Shown here one piece after another: positions 47,283 to 56,996 of a DNA stretch of 64,000 nt. The notes below the pieces were generated by a model, which worked only from the letters and a program-made list of their open reading frames with translations, did not search any database and had not been told where the DNA came from. Source of the stretch: Acidobacteriota bacterium (GTDB lineage: Bacteria > Acidobacteriota > Thermoanaerobaculia > Gp7-AA8); assembly GCA_019244185.1 (NCBI GenBank), contig JAFATB010000022.1, positions 352,001-416,000 on the forward strand. Reading direction: 5' to 3'. How positions within the stretch are numbered: position 1 is the stretch's first letter; every line of letters starts with the position of its first letter. Position numbers and translations under genes: made by a program.

Positions 47283-47320
47283 TGGTCCCTCCGTTGCACT
47301 TACGTGCAGCGGAGGGACCA
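47283..47320 (+). promoter_or_regulatory. 17-bp hairpin covering the RBS; left arm is also a sigma-54-like -24/-12 site
   Basis: tggtccctccgttgcac-ttac-gtgcagcggagggacca(tg). Confidence 0.6.
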
Positions 47321-47814
47321 TGGAAAGCAGAGCGAAACTCCTTGGACATCCCATTCACCAGATGCTGGTCGTGTTTCCGCTGGGGCTGCTGGCAACGTCG
47401 ATCGTGTTCGACGTCATCGCGCTGCTGACGCATCACGCGGGCCTCGCGCTCGCGGCGTTCTACATGATCGCGGCGGGCGTCATCGGCGCTCTCGCCGCGG
47501 CGGTCTTCGGCCTCATCGACTTTCTCGCGATCCCGCACGGCACGCGCGCGCGTCGCGTCGGCACGCTGCACGGCATCGGCAACGTGATCGTCGTCGTGTT
47601 CTTCGCGGCGAGCTGGTTCATCCGCCGTCCCGATCCGTCGCATCCCGCGATTCTCGCGATCGTGTTGTCGGCCCTCGGCGCGGCGCTCAGCGGCGCGACG
47701 GCGTGGCTCGGCGGCGAGTTGGTCGATCGTCTCGGTGTCGGCGTCGACGACGGCGCGCACCTCGACGCTCCGAGCTCGCTGCGGCACGAGACGGTGCACG
47801 CCCGCGAACGGTAA
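47320..47814 (+). CDS. DUF2231 membrane protein
   Basis: GHPIH..VFPLG, G.LHG.GN, WLGGELV. Confidence 0.9.
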   Translation: MESRAKLLGHPIHQMLVVFPLGLLATSIVFDVIALLTHHAGLALAAFYMIAAGVIGALAAAVFGLIDFLAIPHGTRARRVGTLHGIGNVIVVVFFAASWFIRRPDPSHPAILAIVLSALGAALSGATAWLGGELVDRLGVGVDDGAHLDAPSSLRHETVHARER

Positions 47815-47832
47815 CGGCGTATAAAGAGCGGG

Positions 47833-48576
47833 ATGCGTCCGCGTCCCGCTCTGCTCGTCCTCCTTCTGCTGCTCGCATGGCCGCTGCACGCGCAGACGCC
47901 CGGTGACGATCTCCTCGCGATCCAGGACAACAGCTTTCTCGCCGAGGAGGCGTACAACCAGGATCCGGGGGTCGTGCAGCACATCAGCCTCTTCACGCGC
48001 GATCGCGACAGCGGCGACTGGGTCTACACGTTCACGCAGGAATGGCCGGCGCCGTCGCTGCGGCATCAGCTGAGCTACTCGATTCCGTACGCGCATCCCG
48101 CCGGCACGGGCAACATCGCCCTCAACTACCGCTACCAACTCCTCGGCGACAGCAAGTCGACGCTGGCCATCGCACCGCGTCTCACGCTGCTGCTGCCGAA
48201 CGGCGACAACGAGCGCGGCGTGCAGGTGATGCTGCCGATCAGCCGCGTGCTCACGTCGCGCGCGATCGCGCATACCGACGTCGGCGCGACGTGGATCGCG
48301 CACGGCGGCGGAATGCAGCTCAATCTCGCGCAGAGCTTCATCTACGCGATCCACCATCGCGCACAGCTGATGCTCGAAGCGGCGTACTCGGGCGGCGGCA
48401 ACGGCGGCGACTCGTTCGTCGTCAGTCCCGGTGTGCGTTGGTCGTATGACTTCACGAGCGGCCTGCAGATCGTGCCCGGTGTCGGCGTCCCGATCGGCGT
48501 CGGTCCGAGCCACGGCAGCGACGCTGTGCTGCTGTATCTCAGCTTCGAGCATCCGTTCCGGCACACGGGGTCGTGA
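47833..48576 (+). CDS. Outer-membrane beta-barrel / transporter-like protein
   Basis: Signal peptide, DNSFL.EEAYNQ..GVVQHI, alternating beta strands, YLSFEHPF. Confidence 0.75.
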   Translation: MRPRPALLVLLLLLAWPLHAQTPGDDLLAIQDNSFLAEEAYNQDPGVVQHISLFTRDRDSGDWVYTFTQEWPAPSLRHQLSYSIPYAHPAGTGNIALNYRYQLLGDSKSTLAIAPRLTLLLPNGDNERGVQVMLPISRVLTSRAIAHTDVGATWIAHGGGMQLNLAQSFIYAIHHRAQLMLEAAYSGGGNGGDSFVVSPGVRWSYDFTSGLQIVPGVGVPIGVGPSHGSDAVLLYLSFEHPFRHTGS

Positions 48577-48621
48577 CGCGCTGGCGATGCTGCGCGAGCG
48601 GGCGTGCTAGATTCGCCGGCG

Positions 48622-49203
48622 GTGAGAATCGCCGTCTCGGGCAGCCATTGCTCAGGAAAGAGCACCCTGATCGAGGACTTTGTCGCCGTTCACCGCGAAT
48701 ACGTTCACGAGCCGGAACCGTGCGAGTGGCTGGAGGACTTGTACGGTGAGCCGCTCCCCGCGGAACCCACGGCCGCCGACTTCCGCCGGCAACTGGAGAT
48801 CTCGGTCGAGCGTCTGCAGCAATATGCGTCGAACACAGAGGTCATCTTCGAGCGAAGCGCTGTCGATTTCGTCGCGTACCTGCTCGCGCTGAACGATCTG
48901 GGCCGCTCCGCTCGCGATTGCGAGCTAATCGAGTCGTCGGCCGATCTCGCCGCGGCAGGCATGGCCCACATCGATCTGCTCGTCGTCCTGCCGCTGGACG
49001 ACAGAGACGGAATCGTGGTGCCGGAATCGGAAGACCCGGAGCTCCGCGAAGCGATGAATCAGCGGCTCCTGGAGCTCGTCACGGAAGACCAGCATGCACT
49101 GTTCGGGAGCGGCCGTACGCGCATCCTCGAGGTCCGCGGCACACGAAGCGAGCGTCTCCGCACGCTTGAAAAAGCGCTTCGCGCACGCGCGGGCGCGGCC
49201 TAG
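48622..49203 (+). CDS. P-loop NTPase (AAA_28/NadR-like kinase fold)
   Basis: GSHCSGKST Walker A; IFERS. Confidence 0.8.
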   Translation: MRIAVSGSHCSGKSTLIEDFVAVHREYVHEPEPCEWLEDLYGEPLPAEPTAADFRRQLEISVERLQQYASNTEVIFERSAVDFVAYLLALNDLGRSARDCELIESSADLAAAGMAHIDLLVVLPLDDRDGIVVPESEDPELREAMNQRLLELVTEDQHALFGSGRTRILEVRGTRSERLRTLEKALRARAGAA

Positions 49204-49856
49204 CCGCGGTGGCGCGTCTCGAACAACCGCCGCCCCGCCACGACCGAGTCGTTCGGGAGCGGCACCGGGTCGCCGACGCGTAGTGCCTCGATGTACACGC
49301 GGGCGCACGACTCCATCACGATGGCCAAGTGCAGCGCTTCGTCGAGCGTGCGGCCGACGCAGACGTTGCCGTGGTTCGCGAGCAGCACGGCCGTCCGGTC
49401 GCGCAGCGTCCGCACGACGTTCGTGCCGACGGCGTCCGTGCCGGTGAGGGCGTAGTCGGCCACTTCGACCGGGCCGCCGAAGTACACCATCATCTCGTCG
49501 ATGATCGGCGGGAGCGGGCGGCGGAGCACGGAGAGCGTGGTGACGTACGGCGCGTGCGTGTGCACGATGGCGTGGATGTCGGGGCGCGAGCGGTAGACGG
49601 CGAGATGCATCGGCAGCTCGTACGACGGCGCGTGTGAGGCCTCGACGGTTTCGCCGGTGTGCAGGTCCACGATGCTCACCGCATCTTCGTGCAGGATGTT
49701 GTACGCGACGGAGGTCGGCGTGATGGCGAGGTGATCGGCGCCGATGCGGCGGCTGACGTTGCCGGCCGACCCGACGACGAGTCCGGCCTCGTGCATCTTC
49801 TTCGCGTGCAGGCAGACGTCGCGGCGCGCTTCGTTCCAGCTGTCGTTGCGGTCCAT
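49200..49856 (-). CDS. Class II aldolase/adducin family (fuculose-phosphate aldolase-like)
   Basis: GNVS.R, ITPT, PS.E..MH, HTH, LLANHG. Confidence 0.92.
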   Translation of the reverse strand: MDRNDSWNEARRDVCLHAKKMHEAGLVVGSAGNVSRRIGADHLAITPTSVAYNILHEDAVSIVDLHTGETVEASHAPSYELPMHLAVYRSRPDIHAIVHTHAPYVTTLSVLRRPLPPIIDEMMVYFGGPVEVADYALTGTDAVGTNVVRTLRDRTAVLLANHGNVCVGRTLDEALHLAIVMESCARVYIEALRVGDPVPLPNDSVVAGRRLFETRHRG

Positions 49857-49890
49857 GCTCCGGAGTGTATCGCTCGGGCTAGACTGTCGC

Positions 49891-51276
49891 GTGCATCTGC
49901 TGCATCTCTTCGACCTCTCGCTCGTCGCGCGGGCGGACGAGCCGGCGCTGGAGTGGGCGGGGGCCACGTACACGTTCGGCGAGCTCGAGGCGCGCAGCAA
50001 TCGCGTCGCGCACGCGCTTGCGGCGCGCGGCTTGGTCGCCGGTGACCGGCTCTGCGTCTACCTCGCGAACCGCATCGAGCTGATCGATCTCTACCTCGCG
50101 TGCGTCAAGCTCGGCGTGCTGTTCGTGCCGATCAACATCCTCTACCGCGAGCGTGAGATCGCGCACATCACCGGCGACGCGGAGCCGCGCGCGACGTTCA
50201 CCGCGGACGAGCTACCCGCGCTGTACGCGGAAGCGGAGAGGCAGTCGACCACGCGACCGTCGACGCCGCTCGATCGCGACACGCCCGCGGCGATCGTTTA
50301 CACGTCGGGCACGACCGGCGCTTCGAAGGGCGCGATCCTCACGCACGGCAACTTCGTGGTGAACGCCGTCAACCTCACGACGCTGTGGCAGATCACCGCG
50401 CGCGACCGCTTCCTTCTCGCGCTCCCGCTCTTCCACATCCACGCCCTCGGCAACGGCCTCCATACGTGGCTCGCCAGCGGCTGCCGCATGCGTCTCCTGG
50501 AACGCTTCGACCACCGCATCGCGATCGACGAATTTCTCGACTTCGCGCCGACGCTCTTCTTCGGCGTGCCCACGGTCTACGTCCGGCTGCTCGAGACGAC
50601 ACCGGAGGTCGCGCGGACCATCGGCGCGCGCATGCGTCTCTTCGTCTCCGGCTCCGCGCCGCTGCCGGCGCAAACGCTCGAAGACTTTCGCGCGCGCTTC
50701 GGCCACACGATCCTCGAACGCTACGGCATGACCGAGACGTTCATGAACTGCAGCAATCCGTACGCGGGGGAGCGGCGCGCGGGCACGGTCGGCGTACCGC
50801 TGCCCGGCGTCGCGACGCGCATCGAAGACGGCGAGCTCCTCGTGCGCGGCCCGAACGTCTTCGCCGGCTACTGGCGGCGTCCCGAAGCCACCGCCGCCGC
50901 GTTCACGAGTGACGGCTTTTTCCGCACCGGCGATCTCGCCACCGTTTCCTCCGACGGCTACGTCACGCTCCTCGGCCGCAGGTCCGATCTCATCATCTCC
51001 GGCGGCTTCAACATCTATCCGCGCGAGATCGAAGAGCTGCTGCTCGAACAGGCGGGCGTGCGCGAGGCCGCGGTCTGCGCGCGGCCGGACGCATTGCGCG
51101 GCGAGGTGCCGGCGGCGTATCTCGTCGGCGACTTCGATCCGGACGCGCTCGAACGCGTCTGCCGCGAACAGCTCGCGTCGTTCAAGGTGCCGCGGGCGTT
51201 CGTGCGAGTCGATGCGATTCCGCGGACGGCGCTCGGGAAGGTGCAGAAGCACTTGCTCGCCGCGGATGCCAAGTGA
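49891..51276 (+). CDS. Acyl-CoA synthetase (MatB malonyl-CoA synthetase-like)
   Basis: YTSGTTGASKG, SGSAPL, ERYGMTE, RTGD, GKVQK. Confidence 0.9.
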   Translation: MHLLHLFDLSLVARADEPALEWAGATYTFGELEARSNRVAHALAARGLVAGDRLCVYLANRIELIDLYLACVKLGVLFVPINILYREREIAHITGDAEPRATFTADELPALYAEAERQSTTRPSTPLDRDTPAAIVYTSGTTGASKGAILTHGNFVVNAVNLTTLWQITARDRFLLALPLFHIHALGNGLHTWLASGCRMRLLERFDHRIAIDEFLDFAPTLFFGVPTVYVRLLETTPEVARTIGARMRLFVSGSAPLPAQTLEDFRARFGHTILERYGMTETFMNCSNPYAGERRAGTVGVPLPGVATRIEDGELLVRGPNVFAGYWRRPEATAAAFTSDGFFRTGDLATVSSDGYVTLLGRRSDLIISGGFNIYPREIEELLLEQAGVREAAVCARPDALRGEVPAAYLVGDFDPDALERVCREQLASFKVPRAFVRVDAIPRTALGKVQKHLLAADAK

Positions 51277-51961
51277 CGAGAATCCCGCCGCCGCCGCGCA
51301 CGACGACCGGCGACACCGCGAACGCGACGTTCGTCTTCGCGACCGTATGCCCGACGAACGTGCCGATCGCGGCGCCCGCGACGACGTCCGACGTCCAGTG
51401 CGCGTCGTGGTAGACGCGCGCGAACGCGACTCCGCCGGCGATGCCGTACGCCGCGCGTTTCATCCACGGCCGCGACGCGTGCTCCGCGACGACCGACGCG
51501 AGCGTGAACGCTTCGGCCGCGTGATTCGACGGGAACGACTGGTCGCCGCCGTTTGGCCGCGTACGGTCGGTCAACTGCTTGACCACCGGGACGATCGCGT
51601 GTGACGCGAGGAGACTGGCCACGAACGCGTCGAAGGCGATCGACTTCGCCGTCGCGTTTTTCGCCGCGAGGCCGTAGAGCAGAACGCCGGCGATGACTTT
51701 GTCGGAGTCGCCGCCGCCGAGCGGTTCGACCGCGTCCGCAATGCGGTCGAGCGCCCGCGATTGGTTGTTGCGCGCGATCCGTGCGACCTCGTCGTCGACG
51801 AGCAATGCCGCGCCGGTCGCGGCGACGGCGATCGCGGCGCTCTTCAGCCGCGGGCCGTGCGCGACGGCGACGACGTCGTGCGCCGCGCGTTTCGTGTAGA
51901 GCTTCGCGCTGGCGCAGCCGAAGGTGAGAGAGGCGAGGAGGACGACGGCGAGCGCGCGCAC
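51182..51961 (-). CDS. PAP2 family phosphatase, lipoprotein
   Basis: K....R.RP, SFPSNH, ARVYHDAHWTSDV; lipobox-like TFGC. Confidence 0.85.
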   Translation of the reverse strand: MRALAVVLLASLTFGCASAKLYTKRAAHDVVAVAHGPRLKSAAIAVAATGAALLVDDEVARIARNNQSRALDRIADAVEPLGGGDSDKVIAGVLLYGLAAKNATAKSIAFDAFVASLLASHAIVPVVKQLTDRTRPNGGDQSFPSNHAAEAFTLASVVAEHASRPWMKRAAYGIAGGVAFARVYHDAHWTSDVVAGAAIGTFVGHTVAKTNVAFAVSPVVVRGGGGILVTWHPRRASASAPSRAPSAESHRLARTPAAP

Positions 51962-51970
51962 GTCCGTAGT

Positions 51971-52504
51971 CTACGGCTCCGCGAACGCGGCGCGGATGCG
52001 CTCTTTCGGCGGCAGCGGTGGCCACATGCGGAAGACCCGCAGGAGGCGGTGGCCGGTGATCCGCTCGCGGAAGTAGCGCTCGTGCTCCCACTCGACCTCC
52101 GCCATCATCAGCAGCGGCTCGAGCATCGACTCGCGTCCGGCCGCGCGCGCGAGCCGGGCCGCGTCTTCGTACTCGTTCACGTTCCAGCGCTCGAGCCGTC
52201 CCGCGCCGTACATCGGGATGAACCAGCCTCCGATGTGGCAGAGCAGGCCGATCGTGCGGCCGATGCACCAGAACGCGATCTCGCGGCGCATGCTCGGCTT
52301 CGCGCCGAGCTCCGCGAGCAGCCCGCGCACGAGCGCGCGGTGATGCCATTCCTCCGCCTCGATCGTGCGGATGCGCTCGCGCTCATCGGCGCGGCGGACG
52401 CTCTTCCAGTGGCCGCGATAGGCGAAGCCGGCGGCGAGCTCGCCGGAGCAGGCGCTGCGCAGCACGCGAACGAGCTCGGTCGCCGGATCGGGTGCGTTCG
52501 CCAT
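51971..52504 (-). CDS. Ferritin-like di-iron protein (Coq7-like)
   Basis: SGELAA..AY.GH, EEWHH, EWEHE. Confidence 0.8.
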   Translation of the reverse strand: MANAPDPATELVRVLRSACSGELAAGFAYRGHWKSVRRADERERIRTIEAEEWHHRALVRGLLAELGAKPSMRREIAFWCIGRTIGLLCHIGGWFIPMYGAGRLERWNVNEYEDAARLARAAGRESMLEPLLMMAEVEWEHERYFRERITGHRLLRVFRMWPPLPPKERIRAAFAEP

Positions 52505-52560
52505 GCGCCGGTAGTGTACGCGCGGTGAAACTCCTCCCGCGCCGCGACGTAGTGACGCGC

Positions 52561-53796
52561 ATGGTCACGCGCCTGCGTCGTCTGCTCGTGGTGTGCTCGC
52601 TCGTCGTGTCGCTCGCCGCTCCCGTCTTCGCGGACGAGCGCGCGGATCTCTGGAACGCCGATCTGCGCGCGTTGCAGACGCAGCTCGAGGACGTGCATCC
52701 GCGCTTCAGCGGCTGCGGCCTGCCGGCGGAACTACGGCAGGAGTTCGCGGCCGTCGCGGCGAAGGTCAACACGTTGACCGACGCGCAAATCGTGGTCGAG
52801 CTGCAGCGGCTCCTCGCGCGCGTGGGCGACGGGCACACGCTGGTGTGGCCGTTCGGCATGCAACGCGGCGCCTTGCAGCGGCTTCCGCTCGGGCTGTGGC
52901 AGTTCGAGGAAGGTCTCTACGTCGTCCGCGCGGACGACGCGGCGCTCGTCGGGCATCGCGTGACGCGCATCGGCGCGCTCTCCGCCGACGACGCGCTCGC
53001 GAAGCTCGAGCCGTTCATCAGCCACGACAACGAGCAGCAGTTCCGCTGGGCAGCGCCGCTCTATCTGACGTTCACCGACTTCCTCGTCGCCATCGGCGCG
53101 ACCTCCGATCGCAACGCCGTCGCGCTGCAGCTCGACGACGGACGCGACGTGCAACTGGCGTCGGTGCCCGTCCGCGCGCAGGATCTCGAGACGAAGCTCA
53201 CCGCTCCGCCCGCGCCGTTCGTCGCGGCGCCGTATCTCGCGCGTCGCGACGAGAAGTTCCGCAGCCAGACGCTCGCGTCGGGCGCGCTGTACGTGCAGGT
53301 CAACGCGATCGACGACGACGGCCCGCGCACGCTCGACGCCTTCGCGCGCGAGCTGCGGCCGCTGCTCGCGAAAACGGATCGCGCGATCCTCGACCTGCGT
53401 CTCGACAACGGCGGAGAGGCGAGCAAGGCCAACGAGCTGCTCGAGTCGCTCATCGCGTTCGACGTTCGCGGCGGACATATCGCGGTGCTCACGAGCCGCA
53501 TGACCTTCTCCGCCGCGCAGACGCTCGCCACGCGGCTCGACGAATGGACGAACGCGATCTTCATCGGCGAGGCCACCGGCTCGCGGCCGAATCACTACGG
53601 CAACGAGCGGCCGTTTCGTCTGCCGGGTTCCGGCGTGCGCGGCACGATCTCGTCAGGCTTCAACCAGCCCGTCACCGCGCGCGACGAGCGGACCACGATC
53701 GCGCCCGACGTGGCGGTCCCGATGCGCGCGGCCGATTACTTCCGCGGCGCCGATCCGGTGCTCGCCGCGGCGTCGCACGCATTAAGCCGGCGCTAA
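52561..53796 (+). CDS. S41 peptidase-like exported protein
   Basis: Signal peptide, DGHT, ILDLR.DNGG, TFSAA, IGEATG, IAPD. Confidence 0.8.
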   Translation: MVTRLRRLLVVCSLVVSLAAPVFADERADLWNADLRALQTQLEDVHPRFSGCGLPAELRQEFAAVAAKVNTLTDAQIVVELQRLLARVGDGHTLVWPFGMQRGALQRLPLGLWQFEEGLYVVRADDAALVGHRVTRIGALSADDALAKLEPFISHDNEQQFRWAAPLYLTFTDFLVAIGATSDRNAVALQLDDGRDVQLASVPVRAQDLETKLTAPPAPFVAAPYLARRDEKFRSQTLASGALYVQVNAIDDDGPRTLDAFARELRPLLAKTDRAILDLRLDNGGEASKANELLESLIAFDVRGGHIAVLTSRMTFSAAQTLATRLDEWTNAIFIGEATGSRPNHYGNERPFRLPGSGVRGTISSGFNQPVTARDERTTIAPDVAVPMRAADYFRGADPVLAAASHALSRR

Positions 53797-54485
53797 GCCG
53801 CTTCCTCGTTCCGCTGATCGCTGGTGATGCGGCCGTCGCGGATCTCGACGATGCGGCTGGCGCGTTTCGCGAGCGCGGGATCGTGCGTGATGATCACGAG
53901 CGTGCGTCCCGCTTTCCAGAGGTCCGTGAAGATCGACATGATGTCCGTGCCGGAGCTCGTGTCGAGGTTTCCGGTCGGCTCGTCGGCGAGGATGATGTCG
54001 GGATTCATCGCCAGCGCGCGCGCGATGGCGACGCGCTGCATCTGGCCGCCGGAGAGCTCGGTCGGCTTGTGATCGAGGCGCTCGCCGAGGCCGACGCGCG
54101 TCAGCAGCTCGACGGCGCGGTCGCGGCGCTCGCGCACGGCGACGCCGCCGAAGAGCATCGGCAGCTCCACGTTCTCGACGATGGTGATGTGCGGCAGCAG
54201 GTTGAAGTTCTGGAAGACGAATCCGACGCGGCGGTTGCGGATCTCGGCGAGCTGGTCGCGCGTGACGCCGGCCACGTTATCGCCGCCGATCTCGTAGATC
54301 CCTTCGCTCGGCGTGTCGAGGCAGCCGATGAGGTTCATCAGCGTCGATTTGCCGGAGCCGGACGGGCCGACGATGGCCACGAGCTCGCCGGCATCGACGT
54401 CGAGGTCGATGCCTTTGAGTGCTTCCACCTTCACCTTGCCGGTGTCGTAGATCTTGCGGATGCCTTCCATGCGGATGATGGACAT
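53793..54485 (-). CDS. ABC transporter ATP-binding protein (MacB/LolD type)
   Basis: GPSGSGKST, LSGGQ, LADEPTGNLD. Confidence 0.95.
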   Translation of the reverse strand: MSIIRMEGIRKIYDTGKVKVEALKGIDLDVDAGELVAIVGPSGSGKSTLMNLIGCLDTPSEGIYEIGGDNVAGVTRDQLAEIRNRRVGFVFQNFNLLPHITIVENVELPMLFGGVAVRERRDRAVELLTRVGLGERLDHKPTELSGGQMQRVAIARALAMNPDIILADEPTGNLDTSSGTDIMSIFTDLWKAGRTLVIITHDPALAKRASRIVEIRDGRITSDQRNEEAA

Positions 54486-54493
54486 CGGTTCTC

Positions 54494-55750
54494 CTATTCG
54501 TACCGCAGGGTCGCGGCGGGATCGATGCGCGCGGCGCGGCGGGCGGGGAAGTAGCCGGCCAGCAGGCCGATCACGCCGAGGATCGCCGACGTGGCGACGC
54601 CGATCTCCGGCGAGAGGGTCGGACGTCCGAGGAACGACATGACCTCGTTCTTCTCGATCGGCAGGAACGTCGCGGCGGCGACGAGCAGCGTGGCGATGCA
54701 GATGCCGAGCGCGCCGCCGATGAACGTGTAGACCACGCCTTCGAGCACGAACGGCCAGATGATCCAGCGCGCTTTCGCGCCAAGGGCCATCTTCACGCCG
54801 ATCTCGCGCGTGCGTTCCTTCACCACGGCGTACATGATGTTCGCCACGCCGACGCCGCCGATGACGAGCGTGAGCGCGCCGACGATGCCGAGGAACATCT
54901 GGATGCCGACGAGGATCATCATGGTCTGCTTCGAGCTCTTGACCATGTCCCACGTGCCGAAGGCGCGGTCGTCGGTCGGATCGTAGCCGTACTTCTTGCC
55001 GAGGATCTCGTTGAGGCGTTTCAGCGCGCCGGCCATCTCTTCCGGCTTGTACGTCTCGATGACGAGCACGTTGACCTTGTCGCGGCCGAACTGCGCCTTC
55101 CAGGTCGTGTACGGAATGAGGGCCGAGTTTTTATCCGGACCGCCGTAAACGCCCATCTGCGTCTTTTTCTGCATGACGCCGATGACGACGTACGGCGCGT
55201 TGTTGACGAGAATGGTCTTGCCGACCGGATCTTCCTTGCCGAAGAGGTCCTGCGCCATCTCGTCGCCGAGGAAGATCACGCGGCGGCGCTGCTCCTCGTC
55301 CGCGGCGTTGATCCAGCGTCCGCCGCGCATCGGATAGTGCACGCGGCTCTCGCCGTACGAGCGCTGCGCGCCGATGACGCGGCCGTTGATGGTCTTGCGG
55401 CCGTACTGCAGCGCGGTGCGCCACGAGGTGAGCTCGCCGTGCGCGCTCTTGAGCTCCGGCATCTGCGCGCGGATGAGATCGACGTCGTCGATGCGCGGGC
55501 GGATCGGGCGTCCCGGCGGCATGCCCTGCCACGACTTCGACGTCTCGCCCGGCCACATCACGGCGAGATTCTCGCCGGTCGAGCGGCGGTTCTTGTCCAT
55601 CTGCCGCTTCAGTCCTTCGCCGAACGCGAGGAGGAGCAGGATCGCGACCGTGCCCCACGCGATCGCGGCGATGGTGAGGAAGGCGCGCTTCTTCTGCAGC
55701 TGGCTGGCGCTGGCGAAGAGCGTGGCGATGACGTGCAGGTCGTTGTTCAT
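54494..55750 (-). CDS. ABC transporter permease (MacB/FtsX family)
   Basis: GGVGVANIM..KERTREIGVKMALGA. Confidence 0.92.
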   Translation of the reverse strand: MNNDLHVIATLFASASQLQKKRAFLTIAAIAWGTVAILLLLAFGEGLKRQMDKNRRSTGENLAVMWPGETSKSWQGMPPGRPIRPRIDDVDLIRAQMPELKSAHGELTSWRTALQYGRKTINGRVIGAQRSYGESRVHYPMRGGRWINAADEEQRRRVIFLGDEMAQDLFGKEDPVGKTILVNNAPYVVIGVMQKKTQMGVYGGPDKNSALIPYTTWKAQFGRDKVNVLVIETYKPEEMAGALKRLNEILGKKYGYDPTDDRAFGTWDMVKSSKQTMMILVGIQMFLGIVGALTLVIGGVGVANIMYAVVKERTREIGVKMALGAKARWIIWPFVLEGVVYTFIGGALGICIATLLVAAATFLPIEKNEVMSFLGRPTLSPEIGVATSAILGVIGLLAGYFPARRAARIDPAATLRYE

Positions 55751-55762
55751 GGTGGCGGCGCC

Positions 55763-56992
55763 TCAGAGTTTCATGGCAACAACCGGATCGAGACGCGACG
55801 CTTCTTTCGCGGGGAAGTATCCCGCGACGAGGCCGACGATGCCGAGCGCGAGCGCGGTGAAGAGTGCGACGACCGGCGAGACTTCCGGCTTGCCGACGTA
55901 TTCGTAGAGCTGCGCCGGGAACACCGCGCAGACGCCGAGCGAGATGGCGAAGCCGATCGCGCCGCCGAAGATCGTGACCAGCAGCGTCTCGATGAGGAAC
56001 TGCGTGAGGATCCAGCGCGACTTCGCGCCGAGGGCCATCTTGATGCCGATCTCGCGCGTGCGCTCCTCGACCACGACGTTCATGATGTTCGACACGCCGA
56101 TGCCGCCGACGATCAGCGTGAGCACGCCGACCAATCCGAGGAAGCCGTTGAAGGCGAGCATGAAGATGTCGAAGAAGTGGAACTGCTCGGTCGTGTCCCA
56201 CATCGACAGCGCTTCCTTGTCCTCGGGGTCGAAGCGCAGGCGCTTGCCGAACGCCGCGCTGATGTCCTTGATCACCTGCTTCGTCTCGCCCGAGCTCGCG
56301 GCCTGGAAGATCATGTTGTCGACGTACTTGTCGCCGTTGAGCGCGCGGAACGTCGATGACGGGATGAACGCCTTCTCCGCGTCGGGTCCGCTGTAGTTCG
56401 AGTCCTGCGGCTTCTTGATGAGAACGCCGATCACCTGGAACGGCGACTGGTTGAGGAGCACCGTTTTGCCGATCGGGTCGGCGTCGCCGAAGATGTTCGT
56501 CTTGAGGCGGTCGCCGAGGAACATGACGCGGCGCTGGTCGTGGTCGTCGAGCTCGTTGATGAAGCGGCCGCCCGACTGCGGGATCTCGTTGCGCATCGCG
56601 CCGAATTCGGCGGTGACGCCGGAGATGTCGACCGACATCGTCTTCGCGGCGTAGTCGAGCTTCATGTTCGTCTCGTACTCGCCGGAGATCGCCTTGAGGC
56701 CGCGCACCTGCGTGCGCACCGCGGCGATGTCGTCTTCGTTGATGCGCAGCCGCCGTCCCTTGCCGAGGCCCTCGTACGGAATCGAGGTGAGGCCCGGCCA
56801 GGCGATCACGATGCGGTCGCCGAGTCCCGCGGTCTGCTTGATGAGGTTCTTGTGCAGACCGGTGCCGAAGGCGAGCATCAGGCTGATGGCGACGGTGCCC
56901 CACACGATCCCGAAGATGGTGAGGAACGTGCGCAACTTCTCGTTGCGCACGTCGCGGATCAGCTGGCGGAAGACGTCTTTGAAGGTGACCAT
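55763..56992 (-). CDS. ABC transporter permease (MacB/FtsX family)
   Basis: GGIGVSNIM..EERTREIGIKMALGA. Confidence 0.92.
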   Translation of the reverse strand: MVTFKDVFRQLIRDVRNEKLRTFLTIFGIVWGTVAISLMLAFGTGLHKNLIKQTAGLGDRIVIAWPGLTSIPYEGLGKGRRLRINEDDIAAVRTQVRGLKAISGEYETNMKLDYAAKTMSVDISGVTAEFGAMRNEIPQSGGRFINELDDHDQRRVMFLGDRLKTNIFGDADPIGKTVLLNQSPFQVIGVLIKKPQDSNYSGPDAEKAFIPSSTFRALNGDKYVDNMIFQAASSGETKQVIKDISAAFGKRLRFDPEDKEALSMWDTTEQFHFFDIFMLAFNGFLGLVGVLTLIVGGIGVSNIMNVVVEERTREIGIKMALGAKSRWILTQFLIETLLVTIFGGAIGFAISLGVCAVFPAQLYEYVGKPEVSPVVALFTALALGIVGLVAGYFPAKEASRLDPVVAMKL

Positions 56993-56996
56993 GGTC

